This document shows, piece after piece, positions 45,892-56,206 of a stretch of DNA of 64,000 nt. Under the pieces are notes generated by a model that saw only the letters and a program-made list of their open reading frames with translations, did not search any database and was not told where the DNA came from. Source of the stretch: a virus. The stretch spans positions 15,470-79,469 of IMG/VR virus record IMGVR_UViG_3300031949_000350; one strand, given 5' to 3'. Both the position numbers and the translations under genes were made by a program. How positions within the stretch are numbered: the first letter of the stretch is position 1; every line of letters begins with the position of its first letter.

Positions 45892-48131
45892 TACCTAGCC
45901 TCAAGTTGAGCGGCTTCAATAGCTTCCTTAATCTGGTTCCTCACTGCCAGCGCAGCGGGAGCATCAGTCGGAGGCAGCGAAGTGAGAATGTTCATGAGGA
46001 GTTCCGGGTCTTGTCCGAAGTAAGGGTTCGGCGGCTTGAAGCCGAACGGGAGCCCGGTGCCTGCTACAATCGGCTGAGCCGGGGACTGCGCGGGTGCGGG
46101 TGCTACGTTAGGAGCGAGCGCACGGAAAGCACGGGGGATGGGAGCATCAGGATCGACATCCCAAGGGCCGGGCCTATTCGTCTTATTGCTGCGGACGGGT
46201 TGACTGCCCTGATCCACAGGCTCAGCGTTGTCGGACTGAGTGCCAATGGGCTGACCGGGGGCCGGAGTCGCGCCGCGTGGCTGACGCGGCCGAGTCAAAA
46301 GTCTATCGGTATCAGGAGCGGCCGACTCTACATCACTACCAAGCTGTGCGTGGGGTTTGGCAGGATCGGGCGAGAGATAGTAGAGACGATCTGCGTCAGC
46401 ATCGAATTGTTCCTGCTCCGACGCCTGATTCTGCGTCTGAATGGCAGCAGCCTCAAGGGCGTTCTCATTACGGGCCGCGTTGTAAGCCTGATTGTATTCT
46501 GCCTGAGCAACCGGGGAACGGTCGGGAGCAATCGGACGACGAAGGACATACTCAGCCGCCACACGCGGACCGTCCGCACGGATCATGCGTTCAGCAGCCG
46601 GAGAGATCTCGTGGCCGGCAGAACGAGCCTCAGCGATGTACTGATCCACAACCTGATCAAGAATCTGACGAACACCGTCCTGCGTTCTAGCAATCTCAGC
46701 GAAGCGATTCTGAATCGCGTAGTTCTCGGCCTGAACCCGGCCCTCACCGGACAATGCGATCTGCTCAAGAGCGGCCTGGACCTGAGGATTACGCCACATG
46801 CCCTGAGCCGCCATCTCCTGAACATTGATGTCAGCGCCGACAGCACGGACGGCTGCCGCCCGCTCATCAGGGCTAAGAGCCTCAAGCTTAGTCTGGACAC
46901 CGTTAGCAAGCTCAGTAGCACGCTGCTTGATGAGGCCCTTGTAGCCGGGGTCCGTGTCCCTGAGGATCTGCGGCCAAGTGTCAGGCTTGCCAAGCTCCGA
47001 GATAGGAATAGGCATAAGGCCAGCCTTCTGTCGGGCAGCAATACCAGCAAGCGCAGCCCTAGCCTGAGCCTGTCGCGTATCCCAGATGCCGCCCTTCATG
47101 CCGTACAGACCAGAAAGCTCCGCCTGCTCCTGAGGGGACGGCTGACGATCACCGGAAAGGAGAGCGGGGTCCATGCCCCTGGCAACATCCTCATACCCGG
47201 GTTCAGTGACACCAGCACGGCCGAAGCGAGCGCCGGCAGCCATGCCGCCGCGAGCACCGAGAATGCCAAGCTGGGACTCTTCAGTCGCCGCCCGGGATTG
47301 ATCAATATCAGCCTGCATCTTCTGACGGCGAAGCATCACCTCAGCCTGCCGCTGCGGGTTAGTCTCAGCAGTAGCAGCCTGACCAGCAAGCTGCGTAGTA
47401 TGCTCAAGGATCGTCTTGGCAGCCTGATCAGCAAAAGGATTACCAGCATACTCACCAAAGAGATCAAGTAACTGCATGGTCTTCTGACCGTAGGAATCCC
47501 AATACGCATCAGTAAACTGACCGTGAATCTTAATAGCGCGAGGATCGCTAAGATCCACAGGAAGACCAGTGGAAGGATCAACAATCGAAAGAGCGTCATA
47601 CGTCTCAACGGCGCCGATCTGACCCTGACCGAGCGCAGGGTTCGGAGCGGGCGGAGCCGCCTGTGGGACAAGCTGCGTCAACGGCTTGCCGTCCTTGTCC
47701 TTCTTCCCAGTGGGCTGCTCGACCATCGTGGGCTCACCGCCCGCAACAGTCTCAGCAAGCATCTGACCATCAACCGCGTTCACCGTGCGCTGAATAGGGC
47801 GGGTGGCAATCGCCAACCCCTGGCGGAGCTTCTCGACATCATCTTGCATGGACTGAAGGATCGGCGCCACCTTCGTCTTACGGACAAGCTCGAACTCCTT
47901 CTTGAAGTATCGCTCCTGCATGGACTTCGCCATCGTCTCGCCGGTAATCTTACCGCCTTCAATGACAGCACCAGCGGCTTGCGGGGCTTTGGCCTTCTCC
48001 CACAGCGCAGCCAGACCAGCAGCACTCTGAATGTAGGACTGCTGCATGAGAGCAGAAGCCTGCTTGTTAGTAGCGCGGTCCTCGGCAATATCGCCGGAGT
48101 TACCAGTCATCTTGTCCCAGAAGCCAGCCAT
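45891..48131 (-). CDS. Putative internal virion/ejection protein
   Basis: 746 aa, Ala/Gln-rich; synteny. Confidence 0.5.
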   Translation of the reverse strand: MAGFWDKMTGNSGDIAEDRATNKQASALMQQSYIQSAAGLAALWEKAKAPQAAGAVIEGGKITGETMAKSMQERYFKKEFELVRKTKVAPILQSMQDDVEKLRQGLAIATRPIQRTVNAVDGQMLAETVAGGEPTMVEQPTGKKDKDGKPLTQLVPQAAPPAPNPALGQGQIGAVETYDALSIVDPSTGLPVDLSDPRAIKIHGQFTDAYWDSYGQKTMQLLDLFGEYAGNPFADQAAKTILEHTTQLAGQAATAETNPQRQAEVMLRRQKMQADIDQSRAATEESQLGILGARGGMAAGARFGRAGVTEPGYEDVARGMDPALLSGDRQPSPQEQAELSGLYGMKGGIWDTRQAQARAALAGIAARQKAGLMPIPISELGKPDTWPQILRDTDPGYKGLIKQRATELANGVQTKLEALSPDERAAAVRAVGADINVQEMAAQGMWRNPQVQAALEQIALSGEGRVQAENYAIQNRFAEIARTQDGVRQILDQVVDQYIAEARSAGHEISPAAERMIRADGPRVAAEYVLRRPIAPDRSPVAQAEYNQAYNAARNENALEAAAIQTQNQASEQEQFDADADRLYYLSPDPAKPHAQLGSDVESAAPDTDRLLTRPRQPRGATPAPGQPIGTQSDNAEPVDQGSQPVRSNKTNRPGPWDVDPDAPIPRAFRALAPNVAPAPAQSPAQPIVAGTGLPFGFKPPNPYFGQDPELLMNILTSLPPTDAPAALAVRNQIKEAIEAAQLEAR

Positions 48132-48140
48132 TTAGTTCTC

Positions 48141-49307
48141 CTAGCCCATCATGAACTGGCCGCCAGCGTAAGATCCGCCAGGCCCGGCCGTAGGAGTAGA
48201 GCCACCGCCACCCATGAGGCCAGTCAAGCTACTGAGCCCGCCGCCACCGCCCATGCCGCCCATTAGGCCATTACCGAGACTGCTAACGCCGTTCGCGATG
48301 GAGGCAATCTTCGTCTGGTTAGCCTCATTAATAGCCTGATGGTAAGTAGCACTAGCATCCTGCATCTTCTCAGTGGAGCGCTGATTCATCTGAGCCGCTG
48401 CCACAGGCCATGTCTGCGACCAGAATGTGCGGAGGTTGACGAGTGCATTAGTATAGCTATCTCGGATACCAGCGTGGTTAGCGGTCCATGCCTGAGCGAA
48501 GCTCTGAACCTTCATAGCATTATCGCGGGTCCATTGCTCCAGTCCAAGCTTGGCCTGCCACAACGTGTTCGTGCGGTCACGATTCACGCCTTCCTGCACG
48601 CGCATCCGATTCACCCAGTCCATACCAGTACGAGCAGCGCCGCCCTTGCGGGCAATCATCGCACTAGCCTGCTCAAGTGCCTGACGATTAGCGGCAGCAG
48701 ACGACTGATAGATGCTACCGATGACCGAATTGTTAAGCTCGTTCCACAGCGGCCCCTGCTTGTTCATCATCTGCTCAGCATCAGCCACCAACTTGCTGAC
48801 CGTGCGAAACCCAGACGATTGCTTGATTGAAGCGGCTAGAGCCTCAGGATTAGACACCGTATCATTAAGTGCCCACTCTTTGGAGCCCTTCCATTGAGCC
48901 TTCCGAGTCACTGCAACATCAGCGCCGGTAACCGTACCGGACTTCGTAATGGGTGTACCTCCGAGGAGAGGGCCAGTGCCGCTATACATCCCACCAAGAC
49001 CCTGAGGCGTCAGGGAAGTCAACGGGCCACCGTATTGACTAGGTGCGTCATAAGTACCAGGCTGACCGAGAGCACCGAATACGCTCAGGGCAGCCTGCTC
49101 ATTGGCACGAAGCTGCTCGCGCGCAATGTCGGCTTCACCCATGATCATCTGGCTATACTTCTCCCGTTCAGCAGCATCGGCCTCGGACAAACGCTGCTCG
49201 GCCTCCATTGCCGCTTCGGCAGACTTCTTAGCTGAGCTACTGGAAAGGAGTCCGCCGGCAATACCACCGATTGCACCGACCGCTGCGCCCGCTGCCGCAA
49301 TACCCAT
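48141..49307 (-). CDS. Putative DNA pilot/ejection protein
   Basis: N-terminus MGIAAAGAAVGAIGGIAGGLLSSSSAKKSA; Gly-rich C-terminus. Confidence 0.65.
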   Translation of the reverse strand: MGIAAAGAAVGAIGGIAGGLLSSSSAKKSAEAAMEAEQRLSEADAAEREKYSQMIMGEADIAREQLRANEQAALSVFGALGQPGTYDAPSQYGGPLTSLTPQGLGGMYSGTGPLLGGTPITKSGTVTGADVAVTRKAQWKGSKEWALNDTVSNPEALAASIKQSSGFRTVSKLVADAEQMMNKQGPLWNELNNSVIGSIYQSSAAANRQALEQASAMIARKGGAARTGMDWVNRMRVQEGVNRDRTNTLWQAKLGLEQWTRDNAMKVQSFAQAWTANHAGIRDSYTNALVNLRTFWSQTWPVAAAQMNQRSTEKMQDASATYHQAINEANQTKIASIANGVSSLGNGLMGGMGGGGGLSSLTGLMGGGGSTPTAGPGGSYAGGQFMMG

Positions 49308-49856
49308 TTAGTTAGCCCTCAACTTGTTTACAATGTGATCAAGGTGACCGGCCTTAGCTGCCCAGATATCATCCTCGATTCTGTCGTTAGTGATTGTCAC
49401 TTTGAAGTCATCGGACTGGATAAGCCATACCGTGTCCTTCACTTGTTCATCAATAACGAACTCGTGAATCGCAGAAGTCGTCACAGTCGTCCAGTTATCA
49501 TAGTCTACTGTAATATCAGCGTCGATCTTTTTCAATATTTCAGAATAATTCAGCAAATTGGAATAATCGCCTTTACCGTAAGACTCCTCTAACGACTTCT
49601 TCACATCTTTGACATTTCGTATGATCTTAATGAATTTAGCATTAGGAAATTCTTCTTGGATCTCATCATAGAACAGAATGTTCGTACTGTCTACATTGAC
49701 TACAATATCGTTCTGCTCCATAACCATCCGAAGTTCTTTGGCCGTCTTGGCGAACTTCCATCCATCATGGATAGCCTTGATGCCTACCCCATTTAGATAC
49801 ATAGTTAGCCAAACTGTTCGACTTCTCGGGAGGCACAGAACGAATACATGCCTCAT
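49308..49856 (-). CDS. Sulfotransferase-like P-loop protein
   Basis: VLCLPRSRT.WL, HD, FPNAKFI.IIR..D...SL; AT-rich. Confidence 0.65.
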   Translation of the reverse strand: MRHVFVLCLPRSRTVWLTMYLNGVGIKAIHDGWKFAKTAKELRMVMEQNDIVVNVDSTNILFYDEIQEEFPNAKFIKIIRNVKDVKKSLEESYGKGDYSNLLNYSEILKKIDADITVDYDNWTTVTTSAIHEFVIDEQVKDTVWLIQSDDFKVTITNDRIEDDIWAAKAGHLDHIVNKLRAN

Positions 49857-50401
49857 ATTTTGGGTGACTCCGCGATCACGCGCATGAAGTCCTCAGTCCA
49901 GATCATCAATCTACCCTGAAGCGCCAGCACACCCACAGTCTCTCTCGGGAGCCCGACCGTGATCGCGGTCGCTGCCGTGAAGCACGAGGGGTTCGGATAG
50001 ATCTTCAGACGGCCGTCATCGTAGCCGTGGATATAATCCGTGATGACATCGATCTTCGCGCAAATCTCCGGGTTAACCCTTGCAAGCTCTATCGCTACAG
50101 GCTGGAACTCCGGTTCAATCCCTTGCTTGTAGAATCCGTTACCCCACCCGGGAATCCTGATCCCGCTGTTGAGGCGGCGCGCTACTTCATCGAGCGGACA
50201 GTCCAAAGCCAGCAGATCATAGGTCTGCATCAGGGGACCGTGAAGGCCGCCTAGCATCAGGATGGCCGAAGCAATGGCCTTGAAGTAGTCACCAGTGCCC
50301 ATCGCCGAGAGCACCAAAGCCTGATGGCTAGGATTGCCACGGAGCGCCACCGCAGCATGTGCCTTGTAGAGTTCTTGAACGAGTACATCAGTCAAGGTCA
50401 A
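49853..50401 (-). CDS. Short, degenerate citrate-synthase-like protein
   Basis: LGGLHGP, IPGWGN, IYPNP align with citrate synthase LHG, GFGH and PNVD regions. Confidence 0.65.
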   Translation of the reverse strand: MTLTDVLVQELYKAHAAVALRGNPSHQALVLSAMGTGDYFKAIASAILMLGGLHGPLMQTYDLLALDCPLDEVARRLNSGIRIPGWGNGFYKQGIEPEFQPVAIELARVNPEICAKIDVITDYIHGYDDGRLKIYPNPSCFTAATAITVGLPRETVGVLALQGRLMIWTEDFMRVIAESPKI

Positions 50402-50861
50402 CTCTCACGGACATGAAGATAGGCTTGGCCTCAAGCTTCAGGGCGAATGAGCCGGCTGCCTCATTGCTGACAGTAAAGGGAACGATGACGGAATCGAATC
50501 CAGCCGCCTTCAATCGCTTCTTGGCTTCCTCAATGAGTGCCGTAGCTACGCCACCCTTACGCTTGTCCTCACGAATGAACATACCCCAGAGCATCGCAGT
50601 CTTGCCGCAGTTGTACTCAGCAGCAGCCCCAGTCGTACCTACCAGCAGAACCCCGTAATCGCCAACGAAGAACGCGAAGCCTTCCAGTTCACCTGAAATG
50701 TAGAAGTTGTAAGTTGCCTCAACCGAAGCCAGATTCTTTTCTGTACTGGCTACGATGGACCCGGCCTTCTCGTTCTCTTCAAGATTAGACCGCCAGAGCT
50801 TCTTGAATAATCCAATGTCCCGAGGCTTAGCGTCTCTAACCCTAATCTTCCGATTGGACAT
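50388..50861 (-). CDS. GNAT acetyltransferase
   Basis: VRDAKPRDI, MFIREDKRKGGVATALI, N..A..F. Confidence 0.82.
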   Translation of the reverse strand: MSNRKIRVRDAKPRDIGLFKKLWRSNLEENEKAGSIVASTEKNLASVEATYNFYISGELEGFAFFVGDYGVLLVGTTGAAAEYNCGKTAMLWGMFIREDKRKGGVATALIEEAKKRLKAAGFDSVIVPFTVSNEAAGSFALKLEAKPIFMSVRVDLD

Positions 50862-50873
50862 ACACTTTTCTCC

Positions 50874-50909
50874 CTATTAGATAATACCGTTTAATCAATA
50901 GTTCAGTCC
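50874..50909 (-). promoter_or_regulatory. Conserved phage promoter motif upstream of the GNAT gene
   Basis: Minus strand GGAC...AAACGGTATTATCTAATAG. Confidence 0.75.
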
Positions 50910-50928
50910 CTCCCGGGAACCTTAATGA

Positions 50929-53418
50929 TTAGTTCTGCCCACCAGCACCAGCAGCCGAAGTCTCGTCCACCACGAACTGTCCAGGGGAGACATGATAATA
51001 GAGCTTGGCACCCATGAAGGCGATATCTTTGCCGAGTTCTTCGTTCTTGAACTTGAGGCGAACATACTCACCCGCGATGATAGGGTCAATGGACTTCCGC
51101 TGGAGAGATTGCCCGGCCAGAAAATTAAAGGTCAACTCCTTGGAGGAACGAATAGTCGCATTCTCGCTAGCGCTATCACTAGTCTCCACGGTGACCGTCC
51201 AGATCTGGGCTGCCCCATTATTTTCCTTAGAACGAAGCTCAAGGAATCGAGGCTTGCATCGGCCCGATACGCCCTCCAAAGCCGAAGCATCCTGCTTGGC
51301 CCCGAGGCGCATGAAAGGAGTCCAGAACTCCATCGTGATCGCACGTCGCTTACCTGTCTCGTCCAGCCAGTCCAGAGAGTCAGGCGAGTTGAACTCGAAC
51401 ACCTGACCCTGGTCAGTTGAGACATACAAGATGTGGTCGCCGTCACTATTCTCAATCTCCCAAGCATGCTGAATGCTGAACGTGCTAGGGAGAGGGACGA
51501 TCTGGCTGAACCAGCCCTTGCGCAATTCATCAAGCATGTATTGGTACATGTAGATGTCGCTGTAGACGCCGTCCGCATCCTCGGTAAACCAGAGGATGGC
51601 GTTGCTCTGAAGCGTATGCGCGGTGTGGGTAAACTCAAGGTCGCCCTTGTGGAAACCGTCAACGCGGTCACGAATGACTTCGGAGATCTTGATCGCCTCG
51701 CGGAGATCGTAGAGTCGCATCCCGTCTCGGTCAGTAACCCAGCCCATCTCTCGGGCGATGCCGCAGCCACGAGGGCCGACGCCACCGAAGCCCTGGTTCA
51801 CCACGTCCACAGTGTAGTCAGGGTTGTCACCGATGATACGCCAGAAGGCAGTCTCCGTGGTGACCACGAGGCCAAGGCGAGTCTTGAACAGGCCGGTCAC
51901 ACGGTCATCGAACTCGATAGTGTTCGCCAGCGGGAAGGCGTCGGGGAGGTCATAACGGCTGTAGGTAAGCGTATTGGGATTGAGCGGGTCACCAGCCACG
52001 AAGGCCGTGCGCTTCCACATGACCATGATCCCTGCACTGGGAGGCGGGGAATTATCAAACACGTCATCACCCACGACCGGAGGAGTGGCCGTACCGAGTG
52101 AAACGTCCGATGTGGTATCGGTATAAGTGGTGGTGGTGTTGTCGTTGATAGTGTCGAGGAAGAGGTACTCCGACCCGCTCGCGGCCGTCCGATAGAGCCT
52201 ACGCTTAACGACAGCAGGGTTGGAGGACGTGGGGATCTCACTAAGATCAATGCGGGCGTAGTTCGTGCTACCAGTGGAGTTGTCAGCCTCAATCGAGGAC
52301 GGACCAGCATTGGATTCAAATCCGTTCTCATCAATGAACGTAATCTTGTAGGACCAGACACCGTCGCTGGACTGATTGAACACAGTTCCACCCGCACCCC
52401 CGAACGTAGGCACCGAAGCACCCTGATCGAGCGTAACAAGATTATCCCAATAAACCACCGGGACATCGGAAGCAGCATTGGTGATGATCTCGAACCGGTA
52501 ACTAGAAATGTTCTCATCGTCCACCGTGCCCACCGTAGTACCAAAGTTGCCGGAAGGGAAGGTGGAGAAGTCCATGATAAGGGTATTCCAGCCCTCGATG
52601 ATCCGACCGATCTGAAAGTCGAATCGGTAGTAGTTCGTACTCATATCCGCGGCAGAACCGAGATAGATGGACACGCACCGACCATTGAGAGCCAGCTTGC
52701 GGTAGTCATTCCTACCGATGTAGAAGTTCATCCTGACCCTGTCTTCGATGGTCGTATTAACCGCGAAGGGTGTCTGGTTGAGCTTCTCCATGTAGGCAGA
52801 CGTAGATGACGCACCCTTAGTCATCGCGATACAAGTACCGTTGTAGGCCGGCAAAGTGCTAGTGGCGATGGTGCAATTCGAGATAGCAAAGCTGGCCGTG
52901 GCAGAGAAAGCTTCGCGAATCGTAGCCTGCTCACCGGGCGCATACACCCCCCACTGAGTGATCCGCGTGCCGTTGTACTTGGACATCTGTCCGCGGTCGC
53001 CTACGCTATACGGGTTCTGTGACGTGATGTAGAGAAAGCGATCAAGCTGATCGGACGTGCGGTAGAGAGCGTTAGGCTCACCAGTCAGGAGCGAAGTAAG
53101 CGATCCACCATCATTGAGCTTCTGGATCGTAGTCCCTGCGCCGATGAGAACATGCCGGATGATAGAGCCGTCAAGCTCCTGCGATTTGTAGTTGGAGCCC
53201 CAGTAGATGCCCTTAACGACACTAGTCTCAGAATACTGACCCGTGAGCACAGGATTAGTACCGCGGAGCTTCGACAATGAGCCGTACTCACGGAAGAAGT
53301 CCACGTTCTTGCACTCCCGAAGCTGGCTTACTTCCAACGTCTCAGGATTCTGTTTAGTGTAGAGGCCCTGAAGATTGACAAGATCAACCGAGGGCATTGC
53401 GTTACGAGCGCCCGACAT
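50929..53418 (-). CDS. Tail tubular/nozzle (packaged-DNA stabilisation-like) protein
   Basis: 829 aa, beta-rich; GFESNAGP, RLYRT, PNTLTYSR..PDAFP; sits between adaptor and ejection genes. Confidence 0.65.
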   Translation of the reverse strand: MSGARNAMPSVDLVNLQGLYTKQNPETLEVSQLRECKNVDFFREYGSLSKLRGTNPVLTGQYSETSVVKGIYWGSNYKSQELDGSIIRHVLIGAGTTIQKLNDGGSLTSLLTGEPNALYRTSDQLDRFLYITSQNPYSVGDRGQMSKYNGTRITQWGVYAPGEQATIREAFSATASFAISNCTIATSTLPAYNGTCIAMTKGASSTSAYMEKLNQTPFAVNTTIEDRVRMNFYIGRNDYRKLALNGRCVSIYLGSAADMSTNYYRFDFQIGRIIEGWNTLIMDFSTFPSGNFGTTVGTVDDENISSYRFEIITNAASDVPVVYWDNLVTLDQGASVPTFGGAGGTVFNQSSDGVWSYKITFIDENGFESNAGPSSIEADNSTGSTNYARIDLSEIPTSSNPAVVKRRLYRTAASGSEYLFLDTINDNTTTTYTDTTSDVSLGTATPPVVGDDVFDNSPPPSAGIMVMWKRTAFVAGDPLNPNTLTYSRYDLPDAFPLANTIEFDDRVTGLFKTRLGLVVTTETAFWRIIGDNPDYTVDVVNQGFGGVGPRGCGIAREMGWVTDRDGMRLYDLREAIKISEVIRDRVDGFHKGDLEFTHTAHTLQSNAILWFTEDADGVYSDIYMYQYMLDELRKGWFSQIVPLPSTFSIQHAWEIENSDGDHILYVSTDQGQVFEFNSPDSLDWLDETGKRRAITMEFWTPFMRLGAKQDASALEGVSGRCKPRFLELRSKENNGAAQIWTVTVETSDSASENATIRSSKELTFNFLAGQSLQRKSIDPIIAGEYVRLKFKNEELGKDIAFMGAKLYYHVSPGQFVVDETSAAGAGGQN

Positions 53419-53438
53419 AATACTCCCTTACTGTAAAA

Positions 53439-53573
53439 CTAGTCGCCCTTGCCGTCCTTCTTGCCCTTCTTGAATTTGAGCCAGAACGGCATCTTCTTGC
53501 CCTTGGCCTTCTTCTCAAGCTTGCCGCTCGACTTGGCCTTGCCCTTCTTCTTGAAATTCGCGGGGAATGCCAT
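53439..53573 (-). CDS. 44-aa Lys-rich basic protein
   Basis: Translated by hand: MAFPANFKKKGKAKSSGKLEKKAKGKKMPFWLKFKKGKKDGKGD; SD aaggag. Confidence 0.6.
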   Translation of the reverse strand: MAFPANFKKKGKAKSSGKLEKKAKGKKMPFWLKFKKGKKDGKGD

Positions 53574-53771
53574 AACTATCTCCTTTGTTTACCTACTGCA
53601 CCACCCGGCCGATTTCTTCGGCCTTCTTGTGCAGCTTGTACTTTGCTTCCTTCGCGGCAACGCCAATCACGTTGCCAGCAGTCTTAGCAGTCTTAGTGCC
53701 CCAGATAACAGCCTTATCAGCAGAAGCTTTGATACCAGACAATCTCTTGAGAATTATGTCCTTATCCATGT

Positions 53772-54026
53772 CTACTTCCTCTGAGTCACAACGTTAGTTC
53801 GACCCTGAAGACTCTTGGCAGGCTCCTTACCCTTATCAGGGTCAATGATCGCCCACACACGCTTCTTCGACAGACCGAACAGCTTGCCAACAGGAGACTT
53901 TGAAATCTTCTTACCAATCGGGGTCTTACCGATAGTCTTACTGAAGACCTTGGTCCCTACATTAAGTAGGCCGCGAGTAGCCGGGTCCTTCTTAGCTGCT
54001 TCAATAGGGTTCTTAGGTGTAGCCAT
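53772..54026 (-). CDS. Small basic protein
   Basis: ORF coupled to upstream stop; Lys-rich. Confidence 0.55.
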   Translation of the reverse strand: MATPKNPIEAAKKDPATRGLLNVGTKVFSKTIGKTPIGKKISKSPVGKLFGLSKKRVWAIIDPDKGKEPAKSLQGRTNVVTQRK

Positions 54027-54475
54027 TAGTAGTCTCCTACCAGTACCGCCATCCCTGGCGTAAATAATCTATCTCTTTTGAATGAGTTACACGATGAACA
54101 CAATGTCCAAAGATTACTCAAGTCGTCAGTCCCGCCCTTGCTCTTGGGGTGCATGTGATCCATACTCAAGCTGCCTGTACTGCCGCAGATCTGGCACTCA
54201 TGATAGAGTTCAAAGACTTTCCTACGGAGTCCATTCTTGTTCTGATGGACATAACCATAAGTGTCATAGAACTTTCTATAAGAAGCCTTACCCTTATCAG
54301 TCTTCTTGTATCTATTCTTTGATTCTTTGCCTGCCTCAGTAGCTCTGTACCGCTTCTGAATAGCTTTGAAAGTGTCAGTCTTGCAGTACTTCTTACTGTA
54401 CTCCCTCATGTATGCGGCGCGCTTACAGCGTTTGCATTCGCCGCACTTATCGCATTTAGACAACATTAGTGCCAA
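54026..54475 (-). CDS. HNH endonuclease between 9-bp direct repeats
   Basis: CQICG, DHMHPKSKGG..DLSNL.TLC..CN..K; GTAGTCTCC at 54029-54037 and 54528-54536. Confidence 0.88.
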   Translation of the reverse strand: MALMLSKCDKCGECKRCKRAAYMREYSKKYCKTDTFKAIQKRYRATEAGKESKNRYKKTDKGKASYRKFYDTYGYVHQNKNGLRRKVFELYHECQICGSTGSLSMDHMHPKSKGGTDDLSNLWTLCSSCNSFKRDRLFTPGMAVLVGDY

Positions 54476-55220
54476 TCAAATTCAGATAATGAAGTAGTAC
54501 GGGAGACATCATAGCAAAGATGAAGAGGTAGTCTCCATAATGCGGATTGAAGGGCTCGATAGTGTTCGGGCCTTCAATGCGCCCGTCGATATATCTTTCC
54601 CAGTCCATCTCATATTCTTGGCGCATCCTGGCAGCGGTACGGATAGAGCCAGTCTCCAAAAGATTCTCCGAGTCCAAGCAGGCGACTACCACATCAAGGA
54701 TGACCAGTTCATCCAGACTGCGCGGGAAGTCCACATGCCAAGAGTCACCGTCCGCATCGAGAGCAGCCGGTAGACCGCCGTATTCCATGCGAAGTCCATC
54801 CGTCGCCGTCGTTCCAGGCGTAGGCTCAAGCACGAATCCACCCGACACCGGACGGTAAGTGGGGTAGTAGTTGTCCCGTCCCTGCGCCACAGTGTTAGCG
54901 GGGTTAGGCTGATAGTGTCGCTCATTGCGCTGAATGATCACGCGAGTACCATCGCTACGAATAATCTCCATCTTGGTGATACGCTCGAACCCGGGCGGCC
55001 AAGCATAACGCTCCTGATCGGCCGTGATGTCTCGGGTAGCCACATTGACGAAGAAGCCCTCGTGCGCCATCGTAAGCTGGGCACAGCGGCGTCGATAGTT
55101 CACGTTAAGCTGCTGCGTGATGAATGTCTCGGACCAGAATGAGTTCGTGGGCGAAAGCTCATGGAGCCACCGCCGAACGCGATCCTTGTAGCCAGACAGA
55201 TTGTCAGTAATCGCGGCCAT
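54456..55220 (-). CDS. Head-tail adaptor protein
   Basis: DRVRRWL.E..FWS, Y.WP..F, L.PTP..LRMEY..P..L; synteny. Confidence 0.65.
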   Translation of the reverse strand: MAAITDNLSGYKDRVRRWLHELSPTNSFWSETFITQQLNVNYRRRCAQLTMAHEGFFVNVATRDITADQERYAWPPGFERITKMEIIRSDGTRVIIQRNERHYQPNPANTVAQGRDNYYPTYRPVSGGFVLEPTPGTTATDGLRMEYGGLPAALDADGDSWHVDFPRSLDELVILDVVVACLDSENLLETGSIRTAARMRQEYEMDWERYIDGRIEGPNTIEPFNPHYGDYLFIFAMMSPVLLHYLNLIGTNVV

Positions 55221-56206
55221 TAGATGTAGCCTCCAATAACTTCGCCCGTCACCTTGTCGATTACCGGCTCGCCTTCCTTCTGCTCATCGAGCGTAGGGTT
55301 GCGACCAGTGGAGTAGTCAGGCAGTCCGAGAAGCGTCTCCACAGACCTGAGTTGGGTGTCCTTGTTCTTGCTACCCAGATTCATGATAGCCTCACCAGTG
55401 CTGAAGGGAGTAACGAGTGAACCGGCGGCGCCAGCAATACCCATCAGACCCTTGCGTACTGCGGTGTTCTTGAGATTACCGATACGCTTGGTGATTTCCT
55501 TGACTCGGCTGGTGATGTTCTCAGACTTCATATGCCGGTTAATACGCTCCAGATAAGTGCGCTCCTCAGCCAGCTTACCAAGAGCCTGATGCGTCTTGCG
55601 GCCCTGAGTCCTGCGTCGATACTGCGCCTGCGGATTCACCGTTCCGGCACGTTCAAGTGCCTTACGCTCAGCCGGAGTCATGTCAGATAGAAGCTTACGC
55701 TGAATAAACGATTCACCGGCCATCCCCTCTTCGCCTGCCTCTTCATAGCCCATCCTGGCAGCCTGCTCTGCTCGATTAAGATACTTACCTTCCCGGTTAG
55801 TGTAGCCAACATCGCCGGTATCTTCAGCGCCAATCATTACGTCGAACGTCTCCTGCGGATTGAGTCCTTCAGCCGGTCTAAGCATCTTATTGAACACATC
55901 AGCGTGAATCATCCTACCGGTGCCGCGGTAGACCGTGGAGCCGGACTTAGCTGCTACACGAGTCGGCCTAGCCTCGAATGCCTCACGAGCTAGACGGCCA
56001 GGGCGAGTCCCGAGATGCTCACCTTCAGCGATACCAGCAAGCCTTGTCTCTACGTCGGGAGGGGTGTAGCCCTTGGGCAGCGGATTGGCTTCCTTCAGCC
56101 CCTTAACAATAGAGTCGGTCATAGGGTCGCCGGTGCGCATATCGAACTCAAAGTCGTCGTATGCGAATGCCGACGAGCCGCTCTTCAGTTGACCGATAGT
56201 AGCCAT
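55220..56206 (-). CDS. Hypothetical protein (virion module)
   Basis: Coupled 328-aa ORF. Confidence 0.55.
   Translation of the reverse strand: MATIGQLKSGSSAFAYDDFEFDMRTGDPMTDSIVKGLKEANPLPKGYTPPDVETRLAGIAEGEHLGTRPGRLAREAFEARPTRVAAKSGSTVYRGTGRMIHADVFNKMLRPAEGLNPQETFDVMIGAEDTGDVGYTNREGKYLNRAEQAARMGYEEAGEEGMAGESFIQRKLLSDMTPAERKALERAGTVNPQAQYRRRTQGRKTHQALGKLAEERTYLERINRHMKSENITSRVKEITKRIGNLKNTAVRKGLMGIAGAAGSLVTPFSTGEAIMNLGSKNKDTQLRSVETLLGLPDYSTGRNPTLDEQKEGEPVIDKVTGEVIGGYI

Noticed and set aside
42868-47471. Long + strand ORFs (757 aa and 521 aa) and similar antisense ORFs elsewhere
   Set aside because: They are shadows of real opposite-strand genes caused by codon bias, with no recognisable motifs
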